Source: Pelagibacteraceae bacterium
GTDB lineage: Bacteria > Pseudomonadota > Alphaproteobacteria > Methylaequorales > Methylaequoraceae
Reading direction: 5' to 3'
Assembly (NCBI GenBank): GCA_042090305.1
Contig: JBELJQ010000006.1
Span: forward strand, 1-61,177
Length of the DNA stretch: 61,177 nt
How positions within the stretch are numbered: the stretch's first letter is position 1; the number at the start of each line of letters is the position of its first letter. Positions 60,769 to 61,177 of this stretch are shown piece after piece. The position numbers and the translations under genes were made by a program. A model generated the notes under the pieces. The model saw only the letters and a program-made list of their open reading frames with translations. It ran no database searches and was not told where the DNA came from.

Positions 60769-61177
60769 ATGCAAAACTTCTTAGACTTTGAAAAACCTCT
60801 TTTAGATATAAAGTCTAAAATAGAAGAGCTAAGACATCTTAAAGATTCAAGTGAGAATATTGCTAATGAACTCTCTAATCTTCAAGATAAATATGATAAA
60901 ACTCTGAACGAACTATACGATAATCTAACCCCCATACAAAAAGTAAAGGTTTGTCGGCATCAGGATAGACCTAAATTTAGTGATATAATCACAGAAATCT
61001 TTGATAAGTTTGAAATCATTTCAGGAGATAGACTATTTGCAGAAGATTGCTCTATTAAGGGTGGACTTGCAAAGCTTAATGAAAAAAATTCTCTAGTTAT
61101 CGGCAACGATAAAGGTCATGATCTTGATTCAAGAGTCAAAAATAATTTTGGTATGGCAAAACCTGAAGGCTACAGAA
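60769..61177 (+). CDS. accA: Acetyl-CoA carboxylase carboxyltransferase alpha, 5' part (runs off the window end)
   Basis: MQNFLDFEKP, LTP.QKVKV.RHQDRP, GDRLFAED, NNFGMAKPEGYR. Confidence 0.95.
   Translation, partial: MQNFLDFEKPLLDIKSKIEELRHLKDSSENIANELSNLQDKYDKTLNELYDNLTPIQKVKVCRHQDRPKFSDIITEIFDKFEIISGDRLFAEDCSIKGGLAKLNEKNSLVIGNDKGHDLDSRVKNNFGMAKPEGYR

Overview
A very AT-rich, tightly packed chromosomal segment from a genome-streamlined alphaproteobacterial methylotroph, probably marine (inferred from composition, gene order and class I LysRS). 1-3.4 kb: 5' part of a lanthanide-type methanol dehydrogenase (xoxF, EWDYDGVNE motif; not in the ORF track) plus xox-associated periplasmic genes. 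3.5-19.9 kb: a near-complete tetrahydromethanopterin/methylofuran formaldehyde-oxidation cluster (folB, mfnE/B/F/D-like, dmrB, orf17/19/20, fae, orf7, orf5, mch, orfY, mtdB, mptG, pcbD, fhcB-D-C, with no fhcA). 19.9-32.5 kb: hopanoid cluster (hpnM, A, H, G, shc, E, D, C, B) with ispH and dxs embedded. Then a TorF-like porin, ctaA, sulfate assimilation genes split around CIRCE-controlled groESL, lysS-pyrD, methylmalonyl-CoA mutase with meaB, rpmB, cobTS, bolA, aroBK, xerD, malyl-CoA lyase and the start of accA. No rRNA, tRNA, CRISPR or mobile element seen. Best leads: (1) fae ends in UGA-A but its frame continues 27 codons to a MinD/FtsA-like amphipathic helix, with a long stem starting 8 nt after the UGA and the terminator placed only after the second stop, suggesting programmed readthrough to a membrane-anchored Fae; (2) MeaB carries an N-terminal Cro/XRE HTH and has a perfect 19-bp palindrome just before its start codon; (3) both halves of the cys pathway share an upstream motif at nearly identical spacing; (4) fhcA is cleanly missing from its operon; (5) orfY probably uses a non-canonical ATA/ATT start. 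All assignments come from manual motif recognition; no database searches were run.
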